A stretch of 63,233 nucleotides of DNA, the filler included, from Octopus bimaculoides (Eukaryota): assembly GCF_001194135.2 (NCBI RefSeq). It is 4 parts of 4 records of this genome, joined end to end, with 100 filler letters (N's around TTAATTAATTAA, not from the genome) between each part and the next. Parts side by side here need not be neighbours in the genome. Positions count along the whole stretch, not along the records: positions 1 to 26,315 come from NC_068982.1; 3 more parts are not named here. The stretch is one strand, 5' to 3'. How positions within the stretch are numbered: the first letter of the stretch is position 1; every line of letters starts with the position of its first letter. The translations under genes and the position numbers were made by a program. The notes under the pieces were generated by a model. It was not told where the DNA came from, made no database searches, and was given only the letters and a program-made list of their open reading frames with translations. This document shows, in pieces, positions 11,509 to 24,559 of this stretch.

Positions 11509-12364
11509 CTTTGTCTGTTCCCTCTTCACGGCTAAACGGCTTGACCAATGTTTTTTTGGATTACAAGGATGGTCGTCAGGAAGGTTTTTAGCATTAAAAT
11601 TCGGAAAGTATGATTATTTCGTGGATATCGATTTTTGAATTGATAAACAACCTTCGCATTTTCATTAAAAATTCACCGACCACGAGTAACAGTGAGAGGT
11701 AAGTCTTAGTTTGATTTTTTAGAACCCTAAAAATTCCGCTCGCGCATTCACAGCAAACAAGGCACAGGGCCAGACTTTAGATCATGTAGGTGTATTTTTA
11801 CCTACTTCGATGTTTACACACGGCCAATTATACATTGCTATGAGTAGAGGAACGGATTCCAGTAATTTGTAAATTAGTGTCAACCAAACAGAAAATATCG
11901 TCTACAAAGAAGTTTTGTAATCATATTGATATTATCGAAAGGAATAGAATTCATAATTTAAATAAGGAAATTTGTGAACATTGAATGTATAAAAGTATAA
12001 ACATGCGTAAAATAGTGTAAACAACTAAAATAAAAGTATATCTAAATAGCATTTTTTCCTTAATACTTTTTATGTAGTGGTCGAAGGAAGCTCTGGCTTT
12101 CGTTAGGTATGGTCCACATAACCATTCATGATACAGAGGCTGAGAACCTATTTCAGTTCGGGAGGGAATCGTCATCACATGTCACTTAGTCGCAAACACG
12201 TCATATAGCTGCAATAGAATGCTGTATCACCAACAATAATGGGATTTTTCTAAGACATCACCCAGTAATCTATCAAGTCCATTTACACATTTCTCAATAC
12301 ATACTGCTGTCATGACTTCTCTCCTTCATTTTGTGCCTCCATCGTTGATGGGTAGATTTGCTAG
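11448..12364 (+). mobile_element. Non-autonomous Helitron, copy 2, with RepHel helicase remnant
   Basis: 5' TCTTACTATAATGGGCG and (GTCT)n near the 5' end. 3' hairpin CCATC-GTT-GATGG (12339-12351) lies 9 nt upstream of CTAG (12361-12364), which is followed by T. Confidence 0.85.
11744..11920 (+). pseudogene. Helitron RepHel PIF1-type helicase C-terminal fragment (one in-frame stop)
   Basis: AFTANKAQGQTLDHVGVFLPTSMFTHGQLYIAMSRGTDSSNL*ISVNQTENIVYKEVL*. This matches the PIF1/Helitron motifs TINKSQGQTL and HGQLYVALSR and the typical terminal NIVYKEVL. Confidence 0.9.
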
Positions 12365-12749
12365 TGAGATTAATAATGTTTAAAACCTGAGTATTAGAAA
12401 CACAAGTGGTAACAATTGAGACATCAACATATGTGATGAAATGATTAAATATTTACGTGTTGTTCATTGTAAGCTTCTGAGAAAAATTCAACGAGGTATT
12501 CAAGAATTGCATTCCTTCTTAATGTACAGAGATATGAATAACAAAATGAACAGATTGAGAAGAACAAAGGAATTGCGTTAAATGCGATATATTGTCAAAA
12601 ACATTTTATGACCACTGCATAAATTTTTGTACGAACAGACTGAAATCAAAAAGAGTAGGTCAAACTTTCTTGGGGATAAGAAGAATAATTTAATAATTTC
12701 GGCAGATGAAGTATATGACTGATATATATATGTTAGTACAGAGGACAAG

Positions 12750-13150
12750 GCATCGGACCCGAAACAATTTATTATAAGATTGATAAGAGACTAATTAGTA
12801 AATGACAACTTAGCTTTGAAGCACACAGTAACTGTAAGGCATTCTATAAAATGTTTTATTGATGTACTTGACAGAGGATGCCAAGCAGATCTAGTATGTA
12901 TTTATTTCATTTAGTTTCGCAATAGAGACTGTATTTATTTCATTTAGTTTCGCAGCAGACTTTTGTGAAAGCCTTGCCCCCCCCCCCCATGGGAATGTGG
13001 TATGACCAAATCTAGAAAATGGGAAAACATTTGAGAATCGTGCTTTATATTGAATCAAAGATAATACGAAAACGAGAGCCATAAAACTGATTGCAACATT
13101 ATAGAACATATGTGTTGGCAGACTTAAAGCGTTTGATTTGCCTTTAGTAT
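12750..13150 (+). mobile_element. Highly degenerate CR1-type LINE RT fragment
   Basis: LDRGCQADLV at about 12868-12897 resembles LD.G..VDVVYLDF of CR1 RT. A local tandem duplication of TGTATTTATTTTCATTTAGTTTCGCA follows. Confidence 0.35.
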
Positions 13151-13611
13151 TCAACAGGATATGCAAAGGAATATATGCCTACAAGATAAGAGCAATCAAA
13201 GTAAACTACAGCAAACACGATATCTTAGAATTGTTTCCACCATCAACAAGAAACCATTAATATAGATTATTCAAGAAGTGGTGAAATGAGCTTATAAGAC
13301 AGTAAACCTTCTTAATAAGATTCTGTACCATCTGGTATCGATTACAATATGAATGCTTCTAGACGAAAACCGAGGAACCAAATGAAGAGTGATCTTGATA
13401 TATACAGAAAGTGCTTTAAATTTGTAAAATTTGTCTTATAAACAGAAAAATAGTTACGAAAAGGGGAAGATTTATTGTTTTGGATAACATCCGAAAATAC
13501 TTTAAATTATAAATTGATAAAATAAATCAATTATATATCTTATATGATGAATATTGACTTTTTCCCAATCAAATGTTCAATATATAGCAAAATCAAATGA
13601 CTATACACCCA

Positions 13612-13644
<33 letters not shown>

Positions 13645-15214
13645 TGCTAGTATATATATATTGTGGTATTCATTTTATCGTATACATAGGAAGAAAAACA
13701 AAAATTAAAGTCATAAAGATTTAAAATCGAAACGTAAATATAGGATTTAAAATACTATTATTCTGCCATTTTAGCTTAATGAATTTCAGATGAAATATTA
13801 GTTGATTCATTCAACTTCAGTTCATAACAGATTTATATTATACAATATAAAAGTCTACTGAGCCAAAAAATTGAACCTAAGTCATAGAAGAATCGAAATT
13901 TATAGGCGATGGTATATATTCTTACTCTCTATTATTCCTTGAACTTATATAATATCGATTTTAAAATTAGGTTCAGACCACTAATTTTGATGAAGGACGT
14001 AGTTAGTGTTGGAGTGATTAAGTTGACACTAAAATTTTACAGATATTTATTTTCATGTTCTAGAAGGTTGAAATGTGAAAATCTCTTTAGGTGGGATTAG
14101 AATTCAGAACAATAAAATATAACCAAATATCGCAAGGTATTTAATACTTCACATGATTGATTGCGCTAGCCATTGTCCTTTTGAAGCTTAATGAATATTA
14201 AAATATTAAAAGCATCAATGCAAATGCGTGGAAGAACAAATTACATAAGGAATTAAACTTGTGTATAAGTATCATATTATTAGCTAAATCAATGAAGGTA
14301 ATAACAGGATTAATATTCTGTAAATTTCTAAATTAGTTTCACAACGAAAGGAACTAAAATAAAAAGAACAGAAAACAACGAAAAACATTACTCTGATTGA
14401 GAATTATTAATTATCGATTTAATTCGTTTGCAAGGAAGCAAAAATCTTTGGAAATTATTCTAATTGATAATGTTTTCTTTTTCTTTTTCTTACTTTGCTC
14501 CTCTCAGAGTTTCCTGAAAGTCATCTCTTCTTGCCATCTAAAACCAACATGTCAGCTAAAGTACTAAGCGATTAATGAGATCAGAGAAATTTAAGAATAT
14601 TTGTTTGGACTAACAATAATGAATCGTTTCTATTGATTCTCAAACATATTACACGAAAAAGAAAAAAAAAAGCCGCAAGAAGTAATAGCACTAACATCAG
14701 AAATGTCAGTAAGAGCAACTGTAACATCAATCACCAGCCGAAAGAATAGTATTAGAATCAGACATGAACATTAGTTGAAAGATAAAGGATGAAAAATGCA
14801 GAGGTGTTTTTACTGAGATCAATAATTACTAACAGTAAAAACATTAATGGCTGTAGCAATAAGAAATACAATTCGATCGATAATATGCGCGGGGTTAATA
14901 ACGGAAGTGTTAGGCACGCCAGCCTAATTTTCTCTTGCTTTCACACTGATAGCCTCATCACCAGGACAAAGAGCAAAAATCTAATGCGAAAAATAACAAC
15001 AACTACTGTAATAGCAACTTGGATAATCAAGATTTCTTACACTGATACACATCAACGAATTCATTGGTTAAATCGGTTGTAACGGAATAAAGGGTCAAAC
15101 TGATTAGAGTGAGTTTTGTAAAAAGTCGAAAAAATACTGGAAGGGTTTTTAATCAGGCACTCTACCATTTCTCCTCCTCCTCCTCCTCCTCCTCCTCCTC
15201 CTCCTCCTCCTCGT

Positions 15215-15263
<49 letters not shown>

Positions 15264-15299
15264 CACTACTACTACTACCACCACCACCACTATTACTAA

Positions 15300-15445
15300 T
15301 GATTTCAAATTTTGTCACAAGGCCAGCAATTTCGAGGGAAGGAGTAAGTTGATTCCGTTGACATCAGTGTCAAACTGGTACAGATGCTATCGACTCCGAA
15401 GAGACGAATGCCAAAGTCGACCTCGGCGGAATTCGATCTCAGAAT
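15300..15445 (-). mobile_element. SINE family 3 fragment
   Basis: Contains AAAGTCGACCTCGGCGGAATT, the reverse of the family 3 core seen at 54900-55074. Confidence 0.7.
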
Positions 15446-15714
15446 AATAATGGGGTATGAATAATTCCCTTTTGAAAACATAGGTATTTTGTCCATCATC
15501 CTTAAACAAACCGTATTCAGGGATCTTTTGAGCAGGATGGGCTACTCGACCTGAAAAAAATTCTAATTGGGCCCCACCTGCGAGGTCATGCGCTGTTTAG
15601 CTTGATGTAAGGTCATCATGTCATGTACATGCGGTTGTGATGTATGAGCCTGGTGTACCCATATTGTCATGATGGGTATACTGGGTATGATAATAATAAT
15701 AATAATAATAACTA

Positions 15715-15758
<44 letters not shown>

Positions 15759-15837
15759 TATGTTTTTATTGCCCACAGAGGACTAAACATAGAAGGGACA
15801 AACAAGGACAGACAAAGGGATTAAGTCGATTACATCA

Positions 15838-16213
15838 AAAAGAAGAAAAAGAAGAAGAGGAGGAGGAGATGAAGAGGAAAAAGAAGAAAAAGAATAAAAA
15901 GAAAAAAAGAAGAAAAAGATGAAGAAGAAAAAGGGGATGAAGAAGAAGAGGAGGAGGAGATGATGATGAAGAAGAAAAAGAAGATTAAGAAGAAAATGAA
16001 GAAGAAAAGGAGGAAGAGGAGGAGATGATGAAGAAGAAGAGGAGGAGGAAGAGGAGAAGATGAAGAAGAAAAAGATGAAGAAGAGGAGATGATGATAAAG
16101 AGGAAGGAGGAGATGAAGAAGAAAAGGAGGACGAGGAGGAGATGATGATGAAGAAGAAGAAAAGGAGGAAGAGGAGAAGACGAAGAAGAAAAAGAAGATG
16201 AAGAAGAAGAAGA
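15838..16213. repeat. Purine-rich (GAA/GAG/GAT) compound trinucleotide tract with internal larger-scale duplications
   Basis: Seen directly. Recurring block GAAGAAAAGGAGGAAGAGGAG..GATGAAGAAGAA. Confidence 0.9.
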
Positions 16214-17116
16214 ATGGTTTCTTTATTAAATACAAAGGGCTAAGAAAAAGATCTTAGAGGGTACAGGACGATACGGTGGTTGTATTACATATAAAATGCG
16301 TAAACGAGAGAAAGAATAAAAACCGAAAACAAAAAGAAAAATGAAACGGAGGAAAATATCTCAGCTCTGAAAAAACAGAATTCATGCTTCACGTTGAAGC
16401 ATGAAGTATTCCGAATCAACCGTGCACCATAATGTATTCAAAGTTTGATTACGTACTAGGAATCCTGGTTTCGTCGGTGACAACTTCATGTACATTTAGT
16501 CATCCAAGACCTTGGAGCATGTGACTTTGCTTCCAAGGCGATCTTAAGATGCATGTATCGAAGATTACAAGCGATATTTGTTGGGGAAAAGAGAGTGTGA
16601 GAAGTAATTTACTTTTGTCTGGAAGAAGAGCATGTAATCCTAGACTACTTGTTTAGAGGAATTCTTGGAAAGGTTCACTCAAATACGTCTGTCCATTTTG
16701 TTACGGAAAATTTCTATACAGAATGAGATATTGAAATGTTTTGTTTTCTATTTTTTTATATTTTCCCTTGTAGCAGATCTCTTGCCCCAACCTTGTCGCA
16801 TGACGAAGTCTCAGAGCCAAAGAGACTCCAGGGAAAGGAAAAAGAATGCATCTATGCATGCTTTTCGTTTTGGTAGTTCTATCGAAAATATTCGCTCAAC
16901 TTATTACTGAACTGATATTGTCACTATTGTTGCTTTCCTTATTGTCGATTCTGTTGTTGTTTTATCACTGCTTCCTGTTGCAAAGCTGGTTGTAGTGATG
17001 TTGGTAGATTTACTGGCAACTTTAACTTCACAAGTGAAATCTTCTCTCATGAAAACAGCAAAGAACTTGAGTTGCTTAAAACTTCGTATCCACTCCCTGT
17101 TGGCTAGCCGCTAAGG

Positions 17117-17551
17117 CAGTGGTTCTCAAACTTTTCAAAAAAATTTATGCGCCGGTCCCCTATAAAATGCAGGATGATTAACATGGGAAAAATTATATAC
17201 ATTCGTGTACCGTAATTTCCAGACTGTGAACCAGAATGAAAATTGGTGTCGATCGAAGGTCAAAGTTATGCGAGAACATGCACTGGTGAGGATAACAACG
17301 GCAAACACGTGGATTGCAATAGTGGAGTGGTGAATCATGGCGTAGAATACTGACAACACATGCACGATCAACCGTTAAACCCACATATTTTCCGTCGGTC
17401 AACGACAAAAAAGGATTATGACATGCGAAAAATTGAAAGTCTTGAAATTTTAAAACTAAACTGTCTCAAGCCACCCATTTTCAAGATATTTCAGCGTTCC
17501 TTCGTGGTCCCCCCTAAAATCTCTTTGCAGTCCTTAGTTTGAGAGCCAATA
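17117..17551. mobile_element. hAT (Charlie/Buster-type) MITE
   Basis: TIRs CAGTGGTTCTCAAACT and AGTTTGAGAGCCAATA. 8-bp TSD CGCTAAGG (17109-17116) and CGCTAATG (17552-17559), with a central TA. Confidence 0.9.
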
Positions 17552-17756
17552 CGCTAATGTATCAATATGTTTGTGTTCGACATCATTTTAGTTTGATTTT
17601 TTTTTAACATAACATAAAGTGGATGGAAATAAGGGGACAGACCAGTCATTCGGTATAGAGGCCAGTTTCTCAACGAAATAGGACGATAGCAAATCCTTGA
17701 AAACACTTATTCTCAGATTTTATAGAGCGAAGTGAAACCTATCTGAACAAGTCAGT

Positions 17757-17955
17757 AATCAATAACAATCATTTCTTAACTGGGAAAAAGGCCAAAAGTT
17801 TTGAGAAGCCGAGGCTAATGGATTACCTCGATCTCAGTACTTCAATGGTACGTCATTTTGCTGATCCCAGAAAGACGAAAGGCAAAGTTCACATCGCTGG
17901 GGTTTAAACTGAAAACAAAGAGCCGGAAGAAAATTTTTTTCCGATGCTCTAACGA
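17757..17955 (-). mobile_element. Diverged SINE family 3 copy
   Basis: GAAAGGCAAAGTTCACATCGC and TGCTCTAACGACTC are homologous to the reverse of 54900-55074. Confidence 0.6.
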
Positions 17956-19239
17956 CTCAACAGGCTCAATAGTAAACATAAAACAGATTAATTATTCATA
18001 AATCTACTTGATTAAAGTTGGGTTCGGTTTAAATATCAATGATAGGAACATGCCGAGAAACGCAATTTTATATAAACATGACTGATTCATATCACCTAGG
18101 GAGCAAATAGTTATGTAATTTATATCTTATAAGTTATTAAATGAATACAAGAATGTTTTTATCTAAAAAGAAAAGAGAAAGCGAAACGAAATGTATACAT
18201 AAAAACTGTAACAAACCACATCGTTCACTAAACTCCATTTTCTATTCATGTGCAATAACTGAACACCTGGTTGCCTTACTGTATTAATCCTGTCAGATCT
18301 ATTCACATCTGTAACTATCTCTTTAAAGTGGTTTAGCCAAAAAAAAAAAACTAAATGAAGAAAAAATATTACTTTATTAGGTAAATATATTGTTCGATTT
18401 TTCTATAGAGTGTAAAGGCGTCAAGACCACATCAATCAGTTTGTAATAGCTTTTAAAGAAAATTTGTTTTAAACATTCTGAAGTGACTTTGCATTTTAAT
18501 CTCCTTTTCATTTGTGATAAAAGAAACATGTTCAGAGGTCAAATAGAGGTAATTTCAGGTAAAAATATCTCGTTAGGATTATAAGGTTACGAATATTAAG
18601 TTTTTATGTAAATAAAATATCATGGCAGGATATTGCTTTCGGATGTAAACTATCTAATATCTTGTTAGTATTTATTACTAACCTACCAAAAGACCGTTAG
18701 TGATAGTTTAGTTTATTAACAAATAAGATGATTAATAGATTACTAGGTTGATAATAGGAGCTGTCTAGTTTTCGAGCGCAATTCGATTTTGATTGAAGAG
18801 ACATATATTGCACTTGATGTGTTATGTTTGATTAACAAAACAAACTACATTCATGCGCTATCGAGTGTAAATGCAATCTGAAGTTAGAGAGTAAGTAAAC
18901 TTCAGCCAGAATGTAAAATTAAATACTGTGGAACCAAACAAACTTTTCCATTCATATGATGCCACAGGAAATTGCAACTTAAGCACTTCGAAGGTTCACA
19001 AAAGTGAAAATGTTCGTATTGCAAATACACAAACTGATTGTTAATAAAATCAGAACAATGGAATAATCAGTCGTGAAAGCTTTGTAACTGTAATTGCTTA
19101 CTGAAAGGGGAAAATGGAGAGAAATTTAATACTAGAAAATTTAATTGACCAACACGAGCAAAGCTAAAATAGATTTGTAGGCAGTGTGCTTTAAAAATAA
19201 TGGTTTCACCGAAGACGGGACATTCGGATAAGTTGTACT

Positions 19240-19457
19240 TTATTTTTTATAAATTCTTTTATTGGTTTCAGTCATATGACTGCGGCCATTCTGGAGCACC
19301 ACCTTTAGTCGAGCAAATCGACCCCAGGCCTTATTCTTTGTAAGCTCAGTACTTATTCTATCGGTTTCTCTGGCCGAACCGCCAGATGACGGGGACGTAA
19401 ACACACCAGCATCGGTTGTCAAGCGATGTTGAGGGGGACAAACACACACACAAAAAC

Positions 19458-19504
<47 letters not shown>

Positions 19505-19505
19505 N
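19240..19505 (-). mobile_element. SINE family 1 tail plus internal (TA)n running into a gap
   Basis: Reverse complement of the family 1 tail. The microsatellite abuts the N-gap at 19506. Confidence 0.9.
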
Positions 19506-19718
19506 NNNNNNNNNNNNNNNNNNNNNNNNNNNNNNNNNNNNNNNNNNNNNNNNNNNNNNNNNNNNNNNNNNNNNNNNNNNNNNNNNNNNNNNNNNNNNNN
19601 NNNNNNNNNNNNNNNNNNNNNNNNNNNNNNNNNNNNNNNNNNNNNNNNNNNNNNNNNNNNNNNNNNNNNNNNNNNNNNNNNNNNNNNNNNNNNNNNNNNN
19701 NNNNNNNNNNNNNNNNNN

Positions 19719-19768
<50 letters not shown>

Positions 19769-19950
19769 GAACATTTCTTGATAAAATATGTATTTAGAAA
19801 AAATTATATAAGCGAGTTTAGTTTTCTTTTGCATGAAAGAATTGTCAATTATAAATTATATAAGCAATAACATTGATAGCTCATACATTGTGAAGATGAT
19901 AGAAAAATAGATAAATGAATAATGTTCAAATTAAATATTAAAAAGAAACA

Positions 19951-20327
19951 TAGGCGCAGGAGTGGCTGTGAGGTAAGTAGCTTGCTTACCAACCACATGG
20001 TCCCAGGTTCAGTCCCACTGCGTGGCACCTTGGACAAGTGTCTTCTACTATAGCTTCGGGTCGACCAAAGCCTTGTGAGTAGATTTGGTAGATGGTAACT
20101 GGAAGAAGTCCATCGTATATGTATATGTATGTGTGTGTACATGTTTGTGTGTCTGATTGTCCCCCCCCCCCAACATCGCTTGACAACCGATGCTGGTGTG
20201 TTTACGTCTCCGTAAATTAGCGGTTCGGTAAAAGAGAACGATAGAATAAGTACTGAGCTTATAAAGAATAAGCTCTGGGGTCGATTTTCTCGACTAAAGG
20301 CCGTGCTCCAGCATGGCCGCAGTCAAA
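19951..20327 (+). mobile_element. Full-length SINE family 1 copy
   Basis: Head GGCGCAGGAGTGGCTGTGAGGTAAG...GGTTCAGTCCC, short microsatellite, and tail. Confidence 0.9.
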
Positions 20328-20353
20328 CATTTTAATATTTCTCTATGTGTTAA

Positions 20354-20524
20354 GGTGGCGAGCTGGCAGAATCGTTAAGTACACCGGGTAAAATGCTTTG
20401 CCCATTTCATCCATCGTTACGTTCAGAGTACATATCCCGCTGAGGTTGACTGTCTTCTACTATAGCCTCGGGCCGACCAAAGCCTTGTGAGTGTATTTGG
20501 TAGACGGAAACTGAAAGAAGCCCG

Positions 20525-20563
<39 letters not shown>
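20354..20563 (+). mobile_element. Chimeric junction: SINE family 3 head joined to SINE family 1 middle, running into a (TA)n gap
   Basis: AAGGTGGCGAGCTGGCAGAATCGTT...GAGGTTGAC is followed directly by TGTCTTCTACTATAGCCTCGGGCCGACC. Confidence 0.75.
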
Positions 20564-21482
20564 NNNNNNNNNNNNNNNNNNNNNNNNNNNNNNNNNNNNN
20601 NNNNNNNNNNNNNNNNNNNNNNNNNNNNNNNNNNNNNNNNNNNNNNNNNNNNNNNNNNNNNNNNNNNNNNNNNNNNNNNNNNNNNNNNNNNNNNNNNNNN
20701 NNNNNNNNNNNNNNNNNNNNNNNNNNNNNNNNNNNNNNNNNNNNNNNNNNNNNNNNNNNNNNNNNNNNNNNNNNNNNNNNNNNNNNNNNNNNNNNNNNNN
20801 NNNNNNNNNNNNNNNNNNNNNNNNNNNNNNNNNNNNNNNNNNNNNNNNNNNNNNNNNNNNNNNNNNNNNNNNNNNNNNNNNNNNNNNNNNNNNNNNNNNN
20901 NNNNNNNNNNNNNNNNNNNNNNNNNNNNNNNNNNNNNNNNNNNNNNNNNNNNNNNNNNNNNNNNNNNNNNNNNNNNNNNNNNNNNNNNNNNNNNNNNNNN
21001 NNNNNNNNNNNNNNNNNNNNNNNNNNNNNNNNNNNNNNNNNNNNNNNNNNNNNNNNNNNNNNNNNNNNNNNNNNNNNNNNNNNNNNNNNNNNNNNNNNNN
21101 NNNNNNNNNNNNNNNNNNNNNNNNNNNNNNNNNNNNNNNNNNNNNNNNNNNNNNNNNNNNNNNNNNNNNNNNNNNNNNNNNNNNNNNNNNNNNNNNNNNN
21201 NNNNNNNNNNNNNNNNNNNNNNNNNNNNNNNNNNNNNNNNNNNNNNNNNNNNNNNNNNNNNNNNNNNNNNNNNNNNNNNNNNNNNNNNNNNNNNNNNNNN
21301 NNNNNNNNNNNNNNNNNNNNNNNNNNNNNNNNNNNNNNNNNNNNNNNNNNNNNNNNNNNNNNNNNNNNNNNNNNNNNNNNNNNNNNNNNNNNNNNNNNNN
21401 NNNNNNNNNNNNNNNNNNNNNNNNNNNNNNNNNNNNNNNNNNNNNNNNNNNNNNNNNNNNNNNNNNNNNNNNNNNNNNNNNN

Positions 21483-21527
<45 letters not shown>

Positions 21528-23060
21528 TAGTAGTATATTATAATTGCAAAAGGAAATGTGTCGCTGCCGACAACTAATTCCTTCATTCCTTCCTTAATAT
21601 CAATATAACTTTCAAAATATATGTTGAGATTCTAACCCATTCTCTTAATTATAGTAAATCACGAATATGTTCTCATCGTACAAACATTCATTTATTATTC
21701 AAAGATATACAGATACACCGGCTTACCGGCACATATGCATTGCAGCACCACTCCACACCCGATATTTTATGAAGCATAAAATATGATTTTTTCCATAAAG
21801 GCCAGCTGCCAATAAATGCATTGAAGTGAAACCAGTCAGTTATTTTCTTTTTTTCCAGTATCTGTCAACCATGAAACTGATTTCAACGTATGTTCTAAGC
21901 ATTAATGGTGAACAAGACTACACTTACCATCGTTTGTGTGAAAACGTATTGATATAAAGTTGACTGATATATTATCTTTTGTATGAGCTTGGTATATCAG
22001 TAAATGTACGCATCAAAGACATACTCTTTTATGGTTTTTGTTAATGCCATCAAGACTGCAAATGTATAATTGCAAACTTACAAAAGTTATGTATGTTTTA
22101 TTGCTAAAGCTATACATTTTCTCATTCGGCTTGAATACAAGGCAATTTTAACAATGGTCTTGACAATCAAACAATGTTACACTGACAACTCGCGATTCAA
22201 TATATTTACATCATTCGGTGACCTCAAATATTGAACGCCTTTCCGCTTTTCTCTGCCTTCCAATCTCTACTTCCCCCATCATATTAATTTCTCCCCGACT
22301 GTCTTTCTTCGTTTTTTTCTCCCTCTCTCTCTCTCTGGCATCGTATTTCTCATATTTTTTTCAGTTGCGTATCCATAAATATATATATACGCGATTCTTT
22401 ATATGCACATGCACAAGAATAGAGGTTTTATATGCTATATTGAATTGTGATTCGTGCAGCTAAACCGCGCTATTAGTAAGATTATATAAATACATAGGTA
22501 TGTTTCTATACATTCGGTTCCAAAACATTCCGCTATTTCTGTATACTTTCCAAAGTTAAATACAACTATAGCTATAATGATACATTAGTAAAACTCAAAT
22601 TACTGATGGTTGAGAAAGCTGTATGTATTCGAAGGAATGAATATTTTAACATAGGATTTCCAGAGAAAGTATCATAAAGTTAGCGATGTTCATTTATTGA
22701 TTTTATACTTAGAAAACTCTCGTCATGAAATAAAGCGCAGGTCTTGGATGAACACACATACACACATACATCACATCACATACATACGTACGTACATACA
22801 TATATACATGCATAAATGCATACATAAATATATGCTCTTTGTTCTTGTTTTTTGTTCTTCTTTGGTGCACATTGCTAGAGGAGCGGCCATGCTTACACTG
22901 TAAAGCCAGAAAGAAAAATGGCACGATCAGACTCAAACTTCGATCACGTGACCACAACAGTACTAACTAAAAAGATGCATGCGCAGAAGTCTGTGTGATT
23001 ATAATAAAGATAGGTTATAGCGAAAGTGCGGTTAAATTTTGACTTCCTCTTGTATACATA

Positions 23061-23365
23061 CGAAGGTGCCCAAAAGTAACAGGAAACGTTTTCTGCGGGA
23101 CAAGCCTGTTGCAGTTCCGGCTAGAAGCCACTTGATATGACCTGCAGGAATAAGTCTGCCGACTGGCGTTGTTCATTGAGGACATACTACCACGTGGTGT
23201 GTCCTTGTTTTGCTGTGCTTGCTTCTGCCCCGTTTGCCGATTTTTGCGATAGCTGACACTAAGGAACAGCGTGCTTTCGTGAAATTCTGTTTTCTGTTAA
23301 GGAAAATGGCGGCCTCAAACAGCTTAAAAGGCCACCGCCACGAGCAAAACACGTATGTTTATGTG
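23061..23365 (+). mobile_element. Mariner element 5' fragment
   Basis: TA|CGAAGGTGCCCAAAAGTAACAGGAA TIR-like start. EQRAFVKFCFLLRK...TSKTRM matches the mariner N-terminal HTH (EQRAxxKFCFLLGKTA.ET). Confidence 0.7.
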
Positions 23366-23691
23366 CACACACATATTAACGTTTTTTTTTTATTCAGTTA
23401 TAATAGAAACAATTTTACATTCATCAGATGGGTTAATCTATACTTTTGTAGAGTACAAATTTATTATTCTCAAACAAGAATATTATTGACAGAGACTTAC
23501 ACACACACACACATACACACACATGCACATTATACAGGATGAGCCAAATGTCATGCACAATTTAAGATCAATACGCTCCGAAATAGTCAACGATTTGCTT
23601 CAATTTTCTAAAATAAATAGAATAATGATGAATACACACGCACTTGTACATGATAAACAAAATGAATAATAATAATAATAATAATAATAAT

Positions 23692-23960
23692 AGAGATGTG
23701 ACAGATTAGCTTGTGAAGTTAAGCAGTTGTGGTCGATGAAAAAGGTAGTAGTAGTACCAATAATTGTCGGAGCCCTGGGAACAGTGAGCAAAAATCTCGA
23801 GAAGTATGTGAAACAAATAGGGGCTGCAATAAGGGTGGAGCACTTGCAGAAAACAGCACTGCTTGTAACCCCAGTGTTGGGTCTTACTTTAGTTCACTGG
23901 TAGTGAACAGCTAACACCGTAGTACGCCTCCAGTGTTAGAAGCTGTGCAAAGGCAATGAT
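23692..23960 (+). mobile_element. 5'-truncated R4/Dong-clade LINE flanked on both sides by (TAA)n
   Basis: RCDRLACEVKQLWSMKKVVVVPIIVGALGTVSKNLEKYVKQIGAAIRVEHLQKTALL is the RLE C-terminus. (AAT)n lies at 23665-23691 and about 23962-24062. Confidence 0.85.
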
Positions 23961-23961
23961 G

Positions 23962-24022
<61 letters not shown>

Positions 24023-24559
24023 TAATAATAATAACAATAATAATAATAACAACAACAACAACAGTAGAGTAATATAGAAAAATTGTCAGACGTTTTAATG
24101 AGTGACTTGTGGCCCCCTCTGTATTTTTATATTTATATGTATGTTATTACATACATACTCCTGAATCTGTACATGTACGTACATATTAACTGGAGTACGC
24201 AATGAGTCGTAGTTTCTTAGTCAATGATAAATTACGAAGCTACTATCAGTATTATGGTTTCGTGCACATACATATAATAAGATATATGCAACAAAATATG
24301 CTCTTTAGTGACAATATATTTTGTATTTATTTAAACATATGTTTAGAAATATCGGTTTCATGATAATTCCAATTTGATTAATGTTTTGGAAAATTATCAT
24401 AGATTGACTTGCTCACATACAAAATAATATGTTTAATCGACCAAGAAACAATTTCTCATATCAGAAATAAAACTAACGCGTTCATTATTTCTTACGTTTT
24501 CTTGGAGTTGAAGCTTTCTGCCGCCTTTTTATCCAGTTCCTGTACAAAAATTTAATAAG

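Noticed and set aside
15783-16235. 150-aa low-complexity ORF and other poly-amino-acid ORFs (e.g. 27093-27665, 55053-55371, 62663-63034)
   Set aside because: These are translations of trinucleotide microsatellites, with no flanking non-repetitive coding context.
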